DNA of 63,772 nt, filler included, from Aduncisulcus paluster (GCA_024181965.1; 11 parts of 11 records of this genome joined end to end with filler, not necessarily neighbours in it); one strand, 5' to 3'. Numbered from the whole stretch's first letter, positions 22,858-35,702 are shown. Notes: generated from the letters alone by a model not told the origin. Made by a program: numbers and translations.

Positions 22858-24352
22858 CTTTATCTCTATCTGTATCTTGTCCTGGTATCACGGGAACTCC
22901 ATGATCATACCTAGCAGCCCCAACAGGACTATGATGCACATGCCCATGTGCACTTGTGGGAATGGCTGTCCTACTACTGCGGGAAGAAGAGATTGAATTG
23001 TCAGGAGTATATCTTTTCGGAGGGGAGGGAGATTCGAGGGTATCAGGGGGTGGTCGTGAAACTCTAGATTGTTGTTTTAGCTGATGACTAGTAGAACCGT
23101 CACTGACAACAGGCTTGCAGAACACAGATATTCCGTTTTCGGAGAACGGATCCAAGTGCATTTCAAGAGAAGAACATTGCTCAGGGGATAACATCGGATC
23201 TTGACTTATATCGAACTGTTTAGTCACTTTTCTTTTCACAATAATATCTTTACAACGTAATAGTTGACCATAGGGGATGGGATTGTGAGTCGCTTTGACT
23301 TGAGTGAGGTTATGGGTGGATGAGAGATAATGGATAAGAGAATTGGCATTTGGACCCGAAATAAAGGTTCCAGATATATCTAGATACTTCAATTTGTCCG
23401 TTCTTTCACAGACACTGAGGATATTGGCAAGACCCTCATCGCCGAGGTTGTTATGGGAAATGTTGAGTCTAGATAGCGGAATATGTGTGAGTGATAACAA
23501 CTCACTCAATCCAACCACCGTTGTCGGACCTAAACCACAAGATGAGAGAACCAAAGAAGAAAGAGCAAAATATTTTCGGCGTGCTTTCAGAGAGCATGCT
23601 GTAGATGCTAACGTATGGAAAAATTTGTTTGTTCCATTTGATTTGGAGCCAAATTGAGGTGACGATGACGTTGACGTTGAGGAAGAACCAATAGGGTTTC
23701 CAGCCAGAGAAAGAGATTTCAATTGAGACAAAGCATGACAAATATCGCTCAAATAGTGGCATCCTTGGCTAGATATATTATTCTGTGATAAGTCTAAGAC
23801 TTTTAAATTGCGACCACCGGTCTTAAAGGCCTTACAAAGAGCTGACATGTGAACGTCGCAAAAGGCACAATCTCGTGCAAGAAAAGAAGATAAAGATGAA
23901 GAATTCGCAATAGATGGAATAAATATTTCAATAATTTTGTCCGGAGACATTGCAGCCCCGCTTATATTAATGTTTGTTATGTGAACTTGTCGATTTTTAA
24001 GTAATTTTGAGAAAACTGGAATATGTCGATCATTTACATTATTCCTAGAATAAAAAATAGCAAAATATATATTGGAAATAGATCAGAATGATGGGTAAAA
24101 TTATGAAGTGGAAAATATGAAAAAAAGTACAAAAATTTCAAAAATTATAACATACTTGGTTATATCAATATCAATAAATACATGTTTTTTAGGTTCTCTT
24201 AAATATTTTGTTGGATTTGAAGGAGATGAGTGAATTTTATCTCCAGATCGAAATACAAGCTGATTTATGAAACCTGCTATGCTTGATATGTCAATAGTTG
24301 GATCATTTAATGCAATTGATATACGACTAATATCACCAGATGATAGCTTCAT
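22858..24352 (-). CDS. RNI-like leucine-rich repeat protein, two exons, 3'-truncated
   Basis: LKVLDLSQNNIS, LKSLSLAGNPIG, LSRLNISHNNLGDEG repeats; intron 24045-24155 (GTATGT...CTAG) joins MKLSSG..IDITK to NNVNDRH..MSPDK in frame. Confidence 0.8.
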
Positions 24353-24762
24353 CCAAAAAGTGAAAAATGTAAAAATTGATCGATATCTTGTCCCTTCGTT
24401 ATTAATTTTGTACAAAAGTTTCGTAAACCGTTTAGTAAGTTCCTAAAACTAATTTTACCGCCAATATCTTAATTTCAAATTAAACATTTCCAGTTTTTTC
24501 CATATTTTCTTCGAAACACAAAGAAAATGACGACTATTTCTCCGATGGACCAAAATTAAACCGAGTATGGCATATCAAAATTAATATTATTTCTTTGGTG
24601 TTTCATATTTTTTATTGTTTATGTTTATGAACACTTGTCTCCCACTGGCTAAATTGTTCTCTAAGATGATCGAAATCGATAAATTTCTTATTTCTGAGCA
24701 CTGAAAACTGTGATAAAAAAGACATTTTTCATACCTCCTAGTGGTATTTGAGAGCTAGATTA

Positions 24763-25234
24763 CAAGGTTTGTAAGAATTACCACTTGGCCATTTTAGTGG
24801 TAATTTTGGGAAAATTTTGGCTTTTAGTGGTAAAAATCACGATTTTGAGAGGCCTAAAACATCATTTTTTTGAAATATAAATTTGGGGAAAAATCGCCTT
24901 AAAATATGTTTAAAATATAGTAAGAATCACATTTATGTGAAAATTCCAACATCATCTTGTATCATGTTAGCAAAACGCTGCTGTCAACCGGAATGATCTT
25001 GTTACACCATTATAACGGATATTAATATTTACAAAACCCATGAAATTATATTCATAGATATATATATAACCTTTATTTGCATTAATTCCTTTATAATACA
25101 CCTTAATTCACCTTGCAGAGCCATTATATGCTTAGTGGTAAAAATATTTGAATTTCAGTGGTAAAAATATTTTACTCAAGTGGTAACCCTAGTGGTAAAA
25201 ATCAAAATCTTGGTGGTAATTCTTACAAAGCCTG
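24763..25234. mobile_element. 472-bp non-autonomous hAT-type DNA transposon (MITE)
   Basis: TIRs CAAGGTTTGTAAGAATTACCAC and (reverse complement) CAGGCTTTGTAAGAATTACCAC, 20/22 match; perfect 8-bp TSD CTAGATTA at 24755-24762 and 25235-25242; six internal AGTGGTAA motifs near the ends; no ORF. Confidence 0.88.
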
Positions 25235-25451
25235 CTAGATTAGAACCCTTTAACACTCAAATAGAGAAATTATATCTTGAAAAATAAATTATAATCATAA
25301 TTAACTCAATGAAATATCTGTGTATTCTGAGATAAACCGAAATTTTGAAGATAAATGTGAATTCTTTTCTTTGATGTTCAACATCAACTTGATGATGTTC
25401 TCTTTTTCTCTTTGTTTTTGACAGATAGATTTCTCATAAACTTAAAAAATA

Positions 25452-25546
25452 ATGTCACATGAAGCTTATGCCGATTCTATGCTATTTTCAAGCCATTCTG
25501 ATGAAGTTGACAAAGAACTTTCAAAGAAAATTGGTTTGATGTCTTC
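25452..25546 (+). CDS. Possible 5' end of a gene cut by the contig end
   Basis: ATG after an A-rich leader, open to the contig end (MSHEAYADSMLFSSHSDEVDKELSKKIGLMS). Confidence 0.4.
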
Positions 25547-25646
25547 NNNNNNNNNNNNNNNNNNNNNNNNNNNNNNNNNNNNNNNNNNNNTTAATTAATT
25601 AANNNNNNNNNNNNNNNNNNNNNNNNNNNNNNNNNNNNNNNNNNNN

Positions 25647-26886
25647 TATGCTCTGGAAGTTGGAGGAAAACAGGCCTCTGCATGGGACATGAACCGGTAG
25701 AGCATGTTTGAGATTCCATATACTCTTGTACACTGGAAGAATCAACAGTTATGGCCCCATACTGTTTAATCTTACTATCTAACGCAGAGTGCGGCTTATC
25801 TGTTCCCTCCTTCTCTTTTCCTTCTTTCTCTCCCTCTTCTTCTTCTGAAGTTTCATCTGAAGTTTCTTCTTCTTCTTCATCCTTCTCTTCCTCCTTCTCT
25901 TCTTTCCCCTCTTCTTCCTTCCTTTCCTTTTCCTTTTCCTCTTCTTCTTCCTTTTCTTCTTCTTCTTCCTTTTCTTCTTCCTTCTTTCTCTCGGGCGTTG
26001 GGACAATCCTCCACTTCTCATCTTCCTCTTTCACCTCTTCTTTTCTTCCCCAATTAGCAGAGCAAACAGAAATAATGACAATAACGATAATACACTGGAG
26101 GAACGATAAGGTGAGATTATGAGAGTGCTGGAGGAATAATAAAACGTATGAAAACATCAGACGCATCATGCGAGAGGGAGCCTCGATGAAAACAGAGTTG
26201 GCAGCGATGATTAATAAGAACCAGGGGAGAATATATAGGATTCCACGACAACATTCCATATAGTGAGACTGTTTGAATTCTCGAAGGAGAGAAATCAATA
26301 CTGGATGATTTCTAGCAAGCTGAATCATATGAATAAAACCAATATCGCGAGATTTCACTTTATCAAGCCCAATTCTAAAGAAAATTTCATATCCAATGAA
26401 AAATGCATAAAATGAGACAATACACAACATAGAGAATAAAAGCGGATCGATTAAAGTCCGTTTTATGCGGGTAAAGCTCTTTTTACAGAACTCAGTAAAG
26501 GGAGTAACCACTTTGGGTTTCAGAGGCCTAATGGAGAGTTTAGGCCTTTTCCACTGTCTGTTAACTCCATTTCCTTTATAAATAAGCATAACTATTTCGG
26601 ATTGAGAAAAACAAATCTGTGTTTTCACCTTATCAATGACATTCTTCCAACCAAAGTCTATCACTATTTTCCTGTATTGTTCACGATTAGCTCGGGACAT
26701 AGTACCTTCAACAATACAATAAAGTTCAATTTTGTGTTTAAAAATTACACTACGACACAAGGTTGGAGTTGTATAGAATGGCAACATTATGGACGCTTCA
26801 AATACACTGGTTCCACTATCAGGAGTACAATCAATGAATGAAAATAACTCTTCCTTAAAATTTACAATGGTATCATCATCACTCAT
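25647..26886 (-). CDS. Hypothetical membrane protein with E/K-rich tract, 3'-truncated
   Basis: Long ORF with several hydrophobic segments then a poly-E/K stretch; start may be ATG 26886 or 26961. Confidence 0.6.
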
Positions 26887-27208
26887 TTTGAAATATGACA
26901 GAAGAAAACATTTTTGGACACAAGGGCGTTGGTTCGAAATTGATGATAAACTTGGGTGCATAACACTTTTATTTTTCCTGAAAATCAATCAACAAAAATA
27001 AAATAATTGAAGATGGAATCATCCAATTATGCATCCATGACAAACAAGGAAATTTACTCAGTGATATAATTAATTATAAAGATAAATAACTTGAATATCA
27101 AAACGTTATCTATGTAAAAATATCATATTGAGCTACTTTCAACCTTTTTCTTTCGATTATTATATGAAAATGGTTTTTTGAAAATATAATTAAATGCAAG
27201 AGTATGAA

Positions 27209-27538
27209 TTACCCACCACCCATACCTTTCCGTGAGTTTGGTTTTTTCCCCAGTCCGGTATCTATTTTAATTCCTGATGCTTCCCTTTCCATCTCAACTG
27301 TCCACCCACCTTCTTTGAGTAATTTGATTTGTCTTTTATGTGGTTTTCCTTTTATATGTGATCTTAATGCCTTTTCACCAATAAAATGCCTATGACAAGC
27401 AATACAATAGAACTTACCTTCACCAGCGAGTTCTGGGTCTTCACCAAGTTGAACTATTTTCTCAATGCCTTTCTTTTTCAAATCATCAAGTGTTCTATCA
27501 ACATCTTTCTTATCTCTTTGCGAACTTTTTCTTCCCAT
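27209..27538 (-). CDS. BUD20: Bud20/ZNF593 C2H2 zinc-finger 60S biogenesis factor
   Basis: DPELAGEGKFYCIACHRHF...LRSHIKGKPHKRQIKLLKE...EREASG pattern. Confidence 0.85.
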   Translation of the reverse strand: MGRKSSQRDKKDVDRTLDDLKKKGIEKIVQLGEDPELAGEGKFYCIACHRHFIGEKALRSHIKGKPHKRQIKLLKEGGWTVEMEREASGIKIDTGLGKKPNSRKGMGGG

Positions 27539-27580
27539 TGATTCACAAACAATGATTTTTTTTGTATTTCGATTTATCGG

Positions 27581-28428
27581 CCTGACCGATGCATATTTTC
27601 CAACAATATATTGATCAATTAAATAGACTCTGAAATTTTAACAATAATTACCATTTTATTTTAAAGGTAGTGAATCAACACAGACAAAGTTCTTGTGGTC
27701 ATGATCTCAGGTAGGAAATACAATGTCAAGTGGAACAACAGGTATTTGAGGTTACTCATGAGTGTGTTGATATGGTTGAGGATACACTGGGAAGATAATG
27801 TCTTATTTCAAGAAATAGCAGATATTTACAATCTTTCAGAAAGGTTCCAAACAAAATCATCTCGCATCACTAACATAGAAAGGTTGAGGATGTGTCGAGT
27901 AGAATATAACAACGGTAACACAATTTGAAGCAATTCAACAACCATGAAACTCCAAGAAATCAAAATATTTCAAACGCTAACTTTTCCTTTAGTANNNNNN
28001 NNNNNNNNNNNNNNCCTGACCGATGCATATTTTCCAACAATATATTGATCAATTAAATAGACTCTGAAATTTTAACAATAATTACCATTTTATTTTAAAG
28101 GTAGTGAATCAACACAGACAAAGTTCTTGTGGTCATGATCTCAGGTAGGAAATACAATGTCAAGTGGAACAACAGGTATTTGAGGTTACTCATGAGTGTG
28201 TTGATATGGTTGAGGATACACTGGGAAGATAATGTCTTATTTCAAGAAATAGCAGATATTTACAATCTTTCAGAAAGGTTCCAAACAAAATCATCTCGCA
28301 TCACTAACATAGAAAGGTTGAGGATGTGTCGAGTAGAATATAACAACGGTAACACAATTTGAAGCAATTCAACAACCATGAAACTCCAAGAAATCAAAAT
28401 ATTTCAAACGCTAACTTTTCCTTTAGTA
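27581..28428. repeat. Gap-flanking duplication (27581-27994 = 28015-28428)
   Basis: Same sequence around a 20-N gap. Confidence 0.9.
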
Positions 28429-28523
28429 TCGTTCTATTCGCAGCAACATATTTCCAATGGGGCTGTACATTTTATATGGATGACTCACACAGCTCACAGA
28501 CCAGGGAAGAATCATTCATCAAT

Positions 28524-30146
28524 CTACTCAATTAAGCAAGGAAAAGCTTTCCATTTTTTCTTATTATATTCTGTTCTTTTAACACATTGTTCTTTAAATC
28601 TTTCATCAAGAACATATTTACAAGCTCCAGAATAACACAAATGCTCAGGATTATCCACTTTTACAACTCTTGTACAACTCATTAACACGTTAATTTGCAT
28701 AGCTTTTAGCATTGTTTTCACCTCTGTCTCTATTCTTTCGGCAAAACCAGGGACTAGAGCAGGACCACCACAGATTACTATGTTTGACGCCAATCCTTTG
28801 CGTAAATCAATCTCGGATGCCATTAGCGATGCACAAATCAGACCTGGAAGCGACTCTTTCTCACATGACATGGAGGCCAAGACATTCCGAACGAGGGCAG
28901 GGATACGGGGACCATCTCTATCATCGAGATCTGGGGAGGATCCTGCAGGGGACGAGGGGATGAGACATGGTTCAATGAATGTTGTATCCTTCTGAACCAT
29001 GTCGTTGGCAGCAGAAATACAAGAATCTACCATTGAATGCTTGAATAAGGATCGATAGAGTTTATGTTTGAATGAGGAAGGGTTACGAAGCTCTTTGGGA
29101 TAAAAGAAGAGATCGTGGCATAAAAGCATTTCCATTCCAATGTTACACGTGACAGACGAGCATTCAGCACGTGTTCCGGACAAGGTCTCACTGTATTTAG
29201 AGAATATTGAATGTGCACTGGGACAAACAGCAGAGAAGTTTTCTTTCAATACTCGTGCTATTTCTGAGAGGGGAAGCGAAGAAAATGGTTCAATTGGCAC
29301 AATAATAGACTTCTTACTCGGACCTGGTGTCGAGGGAGCAAGAGTAAGATGTTTAGCTCTACCTTTAGTAACTTTTCTGATCTTAAGAGCCTCAAGGACA
29401 ATTGATGTACAATCATTTCCACCAATATCTAACCGTTTGATCGCATTTTCAATCACATATCCAGCGTATATTGGGATAATATCCACACAAGAGTCACCGA
29501 TATTTACGACAATCCCAGTAAGTGATTGTGTTAGAAAAGATAACGATGGGGAATGAGAAACAGTAGTATCACTGGGTGCTTTAGACGATGAGGGTTGGAA
29601 GAGTGAGTACAAAGCAAGAACATCAGCAGGAAGAACGGATATCGAATGACACCCGCATTGATCAAACAAAACTTCGATCAATGTTTTAAGAGATGTCATG
29701 GGGAAAGAATGACGTTTTATAATACATACACTAACACTTTCGCAATCTATCCGAAGAAGAGAATAAAAAATATGTTGAATTAAACGCTCCACAAAATCTT
29801 CAAATGAGATCGGAGGTGTTGCTGTCAAAAAATCACGCGCCCTAATGGTCTTATGGGAAGCATAGCAGCTTATTGCATCATCTCCAATCCACCATGTTAG
29901 GTCTCCTCCGAGACCCAATAAATTCGAGCCTTTATGTATTTTTGAGTCTGTTATTCTGAGTAAAGAATCATCTGTATAGATTGTTTTAATGTTAAATATT
30001 GGTTTTTCGGAGTTTCCTCCCGGAATTCCGACTTTGATTGAACTAAAATAGAAAAATAAGTGAAATGGAAATTCAAATATATATATATATATATTCAATA
30101 CGTACTATTGGCCAGGATCAAGAAGAACGAGGACTTTTTTCTTCAT
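28524..30146 (-). CDS. Divergent actin-related protein, two exons
   Basis: Intron 30043-30105 (GTACGT...TTAG) restores MKKKVLVLLDPGQYSIKVG (phosphate-1 motif); TGIVVNIGDS..IIPIYAGY, IDLRKGLASNIVICGG..VPGFAERI. Confidence 0.85.
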
Positions 30147-30287
30147 TAATAGCAAAAAACAATACAAAAGTCATTTTTTGTTTTTCTGCAACTTGCCGAA
30201 TAAATTTTGAAATTTGCGATTGATTTCCAAGATTAATTTTCACAAATTATTTTTGTGATTGAGATTTTCACACCTTTATTTATCGTT

Positions 30288-31976
30288 TTACAAGAATCCT
30301 GAATTGGCGAAAGGATCAATCGTAAATGAAACACCTTCAGCACCTCGAACGATTTCTCCTGCCAATCCCTCTGATGTAACGATTGAACACATCTCACACA
30401 AGTCCAATTTATACAACTCAGATGTTTCTCCTGGCCCAAGATGAGTCTCAGAGATCTCAGGACACTCAATAGTTCCCAGAGAACTGTGTGGAATCACACC
30501 AGAATGATCAGCAATGCCTGTTTCAATGTCAAAGAAGGAATCAGTCATTTGTGATTGTGAGAGAACTGGAGCTGCCGAGAAAGATATGTCAGATAAGCCA
30601 TTAATCGATGTTTGAGGCACATATTGAGCAGGGACAGTGTTCGTCTGAGAAAAGGAAGTACTCAGGTCATAACAAAGACTATACGAGGATCTACGTCCTT
30701 TCTTTATCCCAGAGACCTTCTCCTGGAGTCTGACATCGGCGAGTCTCCGTTCATCGGCAGCAAGATCAGCTCCTTCCTCAGCAGAGAGAATAGGGGGCAA
30801 TTTAGCAGTGAGGGAGAGGAAAGAAGGAAGGAAATGATCGCCTTGAGTCGAAACAAAGGGACGAGCTGGAGAGATAGCATCCAAGGACTGTTCGCAAGCA
30901 CTAGATGTCTTGGAGGCAGATCCAATTGAACAAGCTTCAACCTCATCAATAGATGAACTGGACGAGGGGTTATGTTGACTTGATGAGATGGGTTTAAATC
31001 CACAGCCAAATGTCAAAGAGGGTGTATTAGGATTTGGCTGGGAAGCTGAATGTTGAGATGCTTTAAATGATTTTTCAAACGTTTGCCTTCCACTTCGACT
31101 CTTCTTAGTTCCACAAGTTGATTTACGAATAGAAGAGGGCTTGTCTGAATTGAGTAAAATTGAATTGGAACGTTTCTCCGTGGAAATGAGGAGTGGATGG
31201 GATTCATGTTGAACAATGGCACTTACACAACTCCTTTGAATCATGGGTTGTTCTGAACTTCGCCGTTTTCTGCGACTTGATGACCGAACAACCTTTTTCC
31301 AGCGTTGAAACCTGTTGTAACGTTCTGTAACTTCATCATCTTGCATCAAAAAGGGTGATACCGAAGCAACTGGAGGGGCACTGATCCGTCCCTTCGCCAT
31401 ACTATCATCTTTATATTGATAATGGGCAAAAGAAGTTTCTCCTCCAAACCCAGAATTGAAATGATCAGAAAACCCAGGTTGACTCGAAACATCATGAAAT
31501 GATTGAGAACAACATTCAAATAAACTTGATTTAAGACTCTCTTGCGAATATGAATGCCCTCCATCAATTGGAAAGAATGAATCATGAATATGTTGACTAT
31601 GATAACCTTGTGAACGCATTCCACTCTGGGATGGCTTTGGATCATACAATGTTGGAGTTAAGGAATCATCTGTTGAAGACTTTTCGGATTCACAAGGTGA
31701 ATGGAAGGAATCTTCCTGTGTAAAAAAAATAATTGAAGGATCATGTTTCGACTGTAAAACAGTTGAACTAGGATGTGGAGGTACTTTATGTTTGTTTGGA
31801 AATAATTTTTTATCATCTATCAAGAGGGGAGTATGACCCAGTTTCGGTGGACATGACTCCAATACTCGTGAAGTCTTCGATAATTCTTGAAATTGGATTG
31901 TAGCGTGAGATAGATGCGGGGTTTCATAATCTTTAATAAAACAAAATTGTTCTTCCTTCTTTGGTTTCTTTCTCAT
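30288..31976 (-). CDS. Hypothetical Ser-rich low-complexity protein
   Basis: 562-aa ORF, no recognised domain. Confidence 0.6.
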   Translation of the reverse strand: MRKKPKKEEQFCFIKDYETPHLSHATIQFQELSKTSRVLESCPPKLGHTPLLIDDKKLFPNKHKVPPHPSSTVLQSKHDPSIIFFTQEDSFHSPCESEKSSTDDSLTPTLYDPKPSQSGMRSQGYHSQHIHDSFFPIDGGHSYSQESLKSSLFECCSQSFHDVSSQPGFSDHFNSGFGGETSFAHYQYKDDSMAKGRISAPPVASVSPFLMQDDEVTERYNRFQRWKKVVRSSSRRKRRSSEQPMIQRSCVSAIVQHESHPLLISTEKRSNSILLNSDKPSSIRKSTCGTKKSRSGRQTFEKSFKASQHSASQPNPNTPSLTFGCGFKPISSSQHNPSSSSSIDEVEACSIGSASKTSSACEQSLDAISPARPFVSTQGDHFLPSFLSLTAKLPPILSAEEGADLAADERRLADVRLQEKVSGIKKGRRSSYSLCYDLSTSFSQTNTVPAQYVPQTSINGLSDISFSAAPVLSQSQMTDSFFDIETGIADHSGVIPHSSLGTIECPEISETHLGPGETSELYKLDLCEMCSIVTSEGLAGEIVRGAEGVSFTIDPFANSGFL

Positions 31977-32538
31977 GCACTCAAATCCGGCATTCTACCT
32001 CGACTTGTGTGGAAGAGCGTGGATTATGCATGAAATCTAATTTACTCGTGATATTGTCGTTTAAATTATGTTGTATAATTTATCTATAAGTATCAATAAA
32101 GTTTTATTGGATATTTTCTCGGTTTACCATTCGTTTTGTATTTGTCGTTGATTTTCCATGGTTTAAAGATGATAAGTACTAAAATATGATTTAAGAATAG
32201 CTAATATTAGTAATTATAAGGAAGTCTAAACTTTAATAAAACAAAATTGTTCTTCCTTCTTTGGTTTCTTTCTCATGCACTCAAATCCGGCATTCTACCT
32301 CGACTTGTGTGGAAGAGCGTGGATTATGCATGAAATCTAATTTACTCGTGATATTGTCGTTTAAATTATGTTGTATAATTTATCTATAAGTATCAATAAA
32401 GTTTTATTGGATATTTTCTCGGTTTACCATTCGTTTTGTATTTGTCGTTGATTTTCCATGGTTTAAAGATGATAAGTACTAAAATATGATTTAAGAATAG
32501 CTAATATTAGTAATTATAAGGAAGTCTAAACTTTAATA
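31931..32538. repeat. 300-bp tandem duplication (31931-32230 = 32231-32530) with 8-bp microhomology CTTTAATA
   Basis: Copies identical by eye, no gap between them. Confidence 0.9.
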
Positions 32539-32654
32539 TTGTTGAAAGAGGAGGGAGAACAATATGTCACTTTCAATTTATTTCCACACAATATTTAGTG
32601 ACAGATATATAAAAAACAGAGAACACTCAAACTTTTGGAAGAAAATCACTGTGT

Positions 32655-33206
32655 CTATGATCTTGCATACCGTACTCTGGGTTTTTCACGCTCTTGTTTG
32701 TAATCCTTTCCTTGTTGCATCAATCTTCTCTCTTTTCTATTTTGGGGACCATCATGGTTATTTTCCTCTCCTTCCTTTTTAGTGAATATCCAAGGTTTCA
32801 AAACCTTCTGCCACAATTTGAAGAATCCATATCCTGGAATGAGAGCCAAAAGCCACCATCCCTTTCGCCAGAAGACCACTAAAAGTTGAGCAAATCCGGC
32901 AATAAAAAACATATCAACAAAATACGAATTCCAGGTATTGGTGATCTTAAGAGCATCGCAATGGAGCTTTTTACCACCCTCAACGAGATGAGGTCTGGCA
33001 AGATTTTTCAACATCGAAAATACACCTACTTCAATTAATATGGTTAATCCCAAGAGGACAATGTCTGAATTTGTGTGTTCAAGTACGAACAAACGGAAGA
33101 TACCACACAGGGCTGCACAAACAATAGCGAAGCTTGCAAACGCAATTAATTTAACCCTATTTTCTTTAATATGTCTTTCAGTATATTTTGGAATTTTGAC
33201 TGCCAT
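32655..33206 (-). CDS. TMEM208: TMEM208/Snd2 (DUF788) ER-targeting membrane protein
   Basis: Basic N-terminus, TM helices, YFVD..., WWLLALIPGYGFFKLW...PW and a basic tail. Confidence 0.75.
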   Translation of the reverse strand: MAVKIPKYTERHIKENRVKLIAFASFAIVCAALCGIFRLFVLEHTNSDIVLLGLTILIEVGVFSMLKNLARPHLVEGGKKLHCDALKITNTWNSYFVDMFFIAGFAQLLVVFWRKGWWLLALIPGYGFFKLWQKVLKPWIFTKKEGEENNHDGPQNRKERRLMQQGKDYKQEREKPRVRYARS

Positions 33207-33899
33207 CTCTTTCACAGGAAAATGGGATTCCAAAATCAAATCATGAAGTGGAAATAAGAAAATTATGTGGGGAATTGGAATGACAAAAAAAAATTTAAAC
33301 GGTAGATTTCCATTTCATCAACCAGAAAATCACCATCAAAATTGACTGTTAACAGCTAGTCTTTTTCCTTGGTTATCACAAGGAGGAAACACCCATACCA
33401 TCAGAACTTGATTTTATTATGCCAAAGTCAGCTTCTAGATCAAGTATGGATGCTGATAATGCCCATCGTCTTGTTGTATTTCAAAATGAATTATTTGGAG
33501 ACTGTGAATCAGAGTTAGAAGGATCTATCAATCTNNNNNNNNNNNNNNNNNNNNGAATTTTGACTGCCATCTCTTTCACAGGAAAATGGGATTCCAAAAT
33601 CAAATCATGAAGTGGAAATAAGAAAATTATGTGGGGAATTGGAATGACAAAAAAAAAATTTAAACGGTAGATTTCCATTTCATCAACCAGAAAATCACCA
33701 TCAAAATTGACTGTTAACAGCTAGTCTTTTTCCTTGGTTATCACAAGGAGGAAACACCCATACCATCAGAACTTGATTTTATTATGCCAAAGTCAGCTTC
33801 TAGATCAAGTATGGATGCTGATAATGCCCATCGTCTTGTTGTATTTCAAAATGAATTATTTGGAGACTGTGAATCAGAGTTAGAAGGATCTATCAATCT
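33191..33899. repeat. Gap-flanking duplication (33191-33534 = 33555-33899)
   Basis: Same sequence around a 20-N gap; A9 versus A10 homopolymer difference. Confidence 0.9.
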
Positions 33900-35702
33900 C
33901 TATACTCTCTCTGAACATTCATTTCATGGTATTCCCGATGAAAAAGGTATTCGAATATTATGTTGGTCTCTACTTCTCGGATATCTCCCCGAAGATAGAT
34001 CTCAATGGTTCCCCTTCTTAACTTCGAGACGAAAATTGTATCACAGTTATGTACATGAAGTATTTCACTCATTTTTTGAGGAAAGAAAAAGAAATGATGA
34101 GCATAGAACGGTTGTAAAGATTTCAGGAGATGATACCAGTAGTGATGTTTGTTCAAGGATATCGGCACAAATTGAAAAGGATTTACGGAGAACAAAACTT
34201 GCTTTGAATTTATTTGTCGATCGAAAGCCTTCTGATATCAAGCATATTTCTGAAAAACATCGTAAAGCATATATGGCCGATTTTGAGGATAGTTCTGAAT
34301 ATTCGGATAAAACCGCATCTAAAGAATCTGTACCGTCGACAAAAACTGATAAAACTGTTCCAAACCCTGATGATCTTTCTGATGGTGAGACTCCAACATT
34401 GGAACTGGAAGGCGATGTTTTGGAGGCTGTAAAACCACCAACAGTGACACATGATGAAACTTCAAGTCCTGACATAGCCTGTGATCCCATTGATTCAACA
34501 ATACCACCTCCTGACTCTCCATCGGCATTCTCTTCTCTCTCTCTTCCCGAACTTTCTCATCTTTTTGGAGGTATATTCCCCTCTTCTTTCCCCTCTACTG
34601 CCCATGATGTGCTCTTTCGAGTTCTCTTTACGTTTGCTCGTCTCAATCGAAGTGTGGAATATGTGCAGGGCATGAACGAGATCTCCGCCGTCATGTTATA
34701 CGTGCTCATCACATCATCTCCTTTAGCTTTCTCCCAGGTACTCGGGAGAAAAGACGTGGAAAAGGTATTATTATCACCTGTTCCTTCTTCTCCCTTCCAT
34801 CGAGAGACATCCACTTCTAAAACATCTGAATCCAAACCTCATCCTCTGTCTCATGTGTCTGAGGCACACTCTCCTACAACCTCCTCTTCCTCCTCTTCCT
34901 CTATCACTTCTTCCTCTTCCTCTTCCTCCTCTATCACTTCCCCATCTCTCGAAGAAGTCTATGAGCATGAAACCTGTGATGATCCAGATGCCTGTGACAA
35001 GGGAGTGTCCTCGCCCTTCAGACAATACTCAACTCGGTCAGAACCCTTCAAAGATATGAACCCTTTCTATCACTCCTCGCTGGATGATGTAGAGGCTGAT
35101 CTCTTCTTCCTCTTCTCTCAATTGATGGAACGATTCAGGGATTTCTATATACGATCCCTCGACTCTGCTTCAAGTGGAGCCATTGGATGCAGTTTATTGG
35201 CAGAGACCGTCCTTAAAACTCTCCAACCCAAGGTCTTCAAGGCCATGCGTACTCGTGGAATTATCCTTGCGATGTTCTCTGTTCGGTGGAGCTCTCTTCT
35301 CTTCATGCACGTTATTCCTTTCCTGCCCGATGTTTTAGTCGTCTGGGACTGTATTTTCGCTGACGATGCACATCGGCAACAGGTTCTACGAATGTGTGTT
35401 GACAATGAACGAAGATCCCTTCAAAGTCCATCGATATCTATGGGAGGGAAGAAAGATGGGTCTTTCGGTGCTCCTTCGAGGGAATCACTGACATCGTCAA
35501 GTCCTTCTATCCTGACGGGAATGCCATCTTCTGTCGGCTCATCTCCCGGCTCTGGCCGGCTCTCTCAGACTCTTCTTGAGGGTTTAATCTGCAATCCTCA
35601 TGCCATTTCCCCCACATTATCACACTCCTCTCTGAAGATGCTCCCTTCCTTTGTTGTGTTCCTGTGTGCTGGCCTAGTGGTGATGCGAGGAACAATCATG
35701 TG
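33784..35702 (+). CDS. TBC-domain Rab GAP (TBC1D13-like), 3'-truncated
   Basis: GIPDEKGIRILCWSLLLGYLP, IEKDLRRT (Arg finger), YVQGMNEI (Gln finger), EADLFFLF, RWSSLLF, VVWD. Confidence 0.9.

Noticed and set aside
27695-28362. Two identical 77-aa ORFs as tandem genes
   Set aside because: Product of the gap-flanking duplication; GTG start and no recognisable homology
33419-33610. Short extra copy of the TBC gene start
   Set aside because: First copy of the duplication around the 33535-33554 gap
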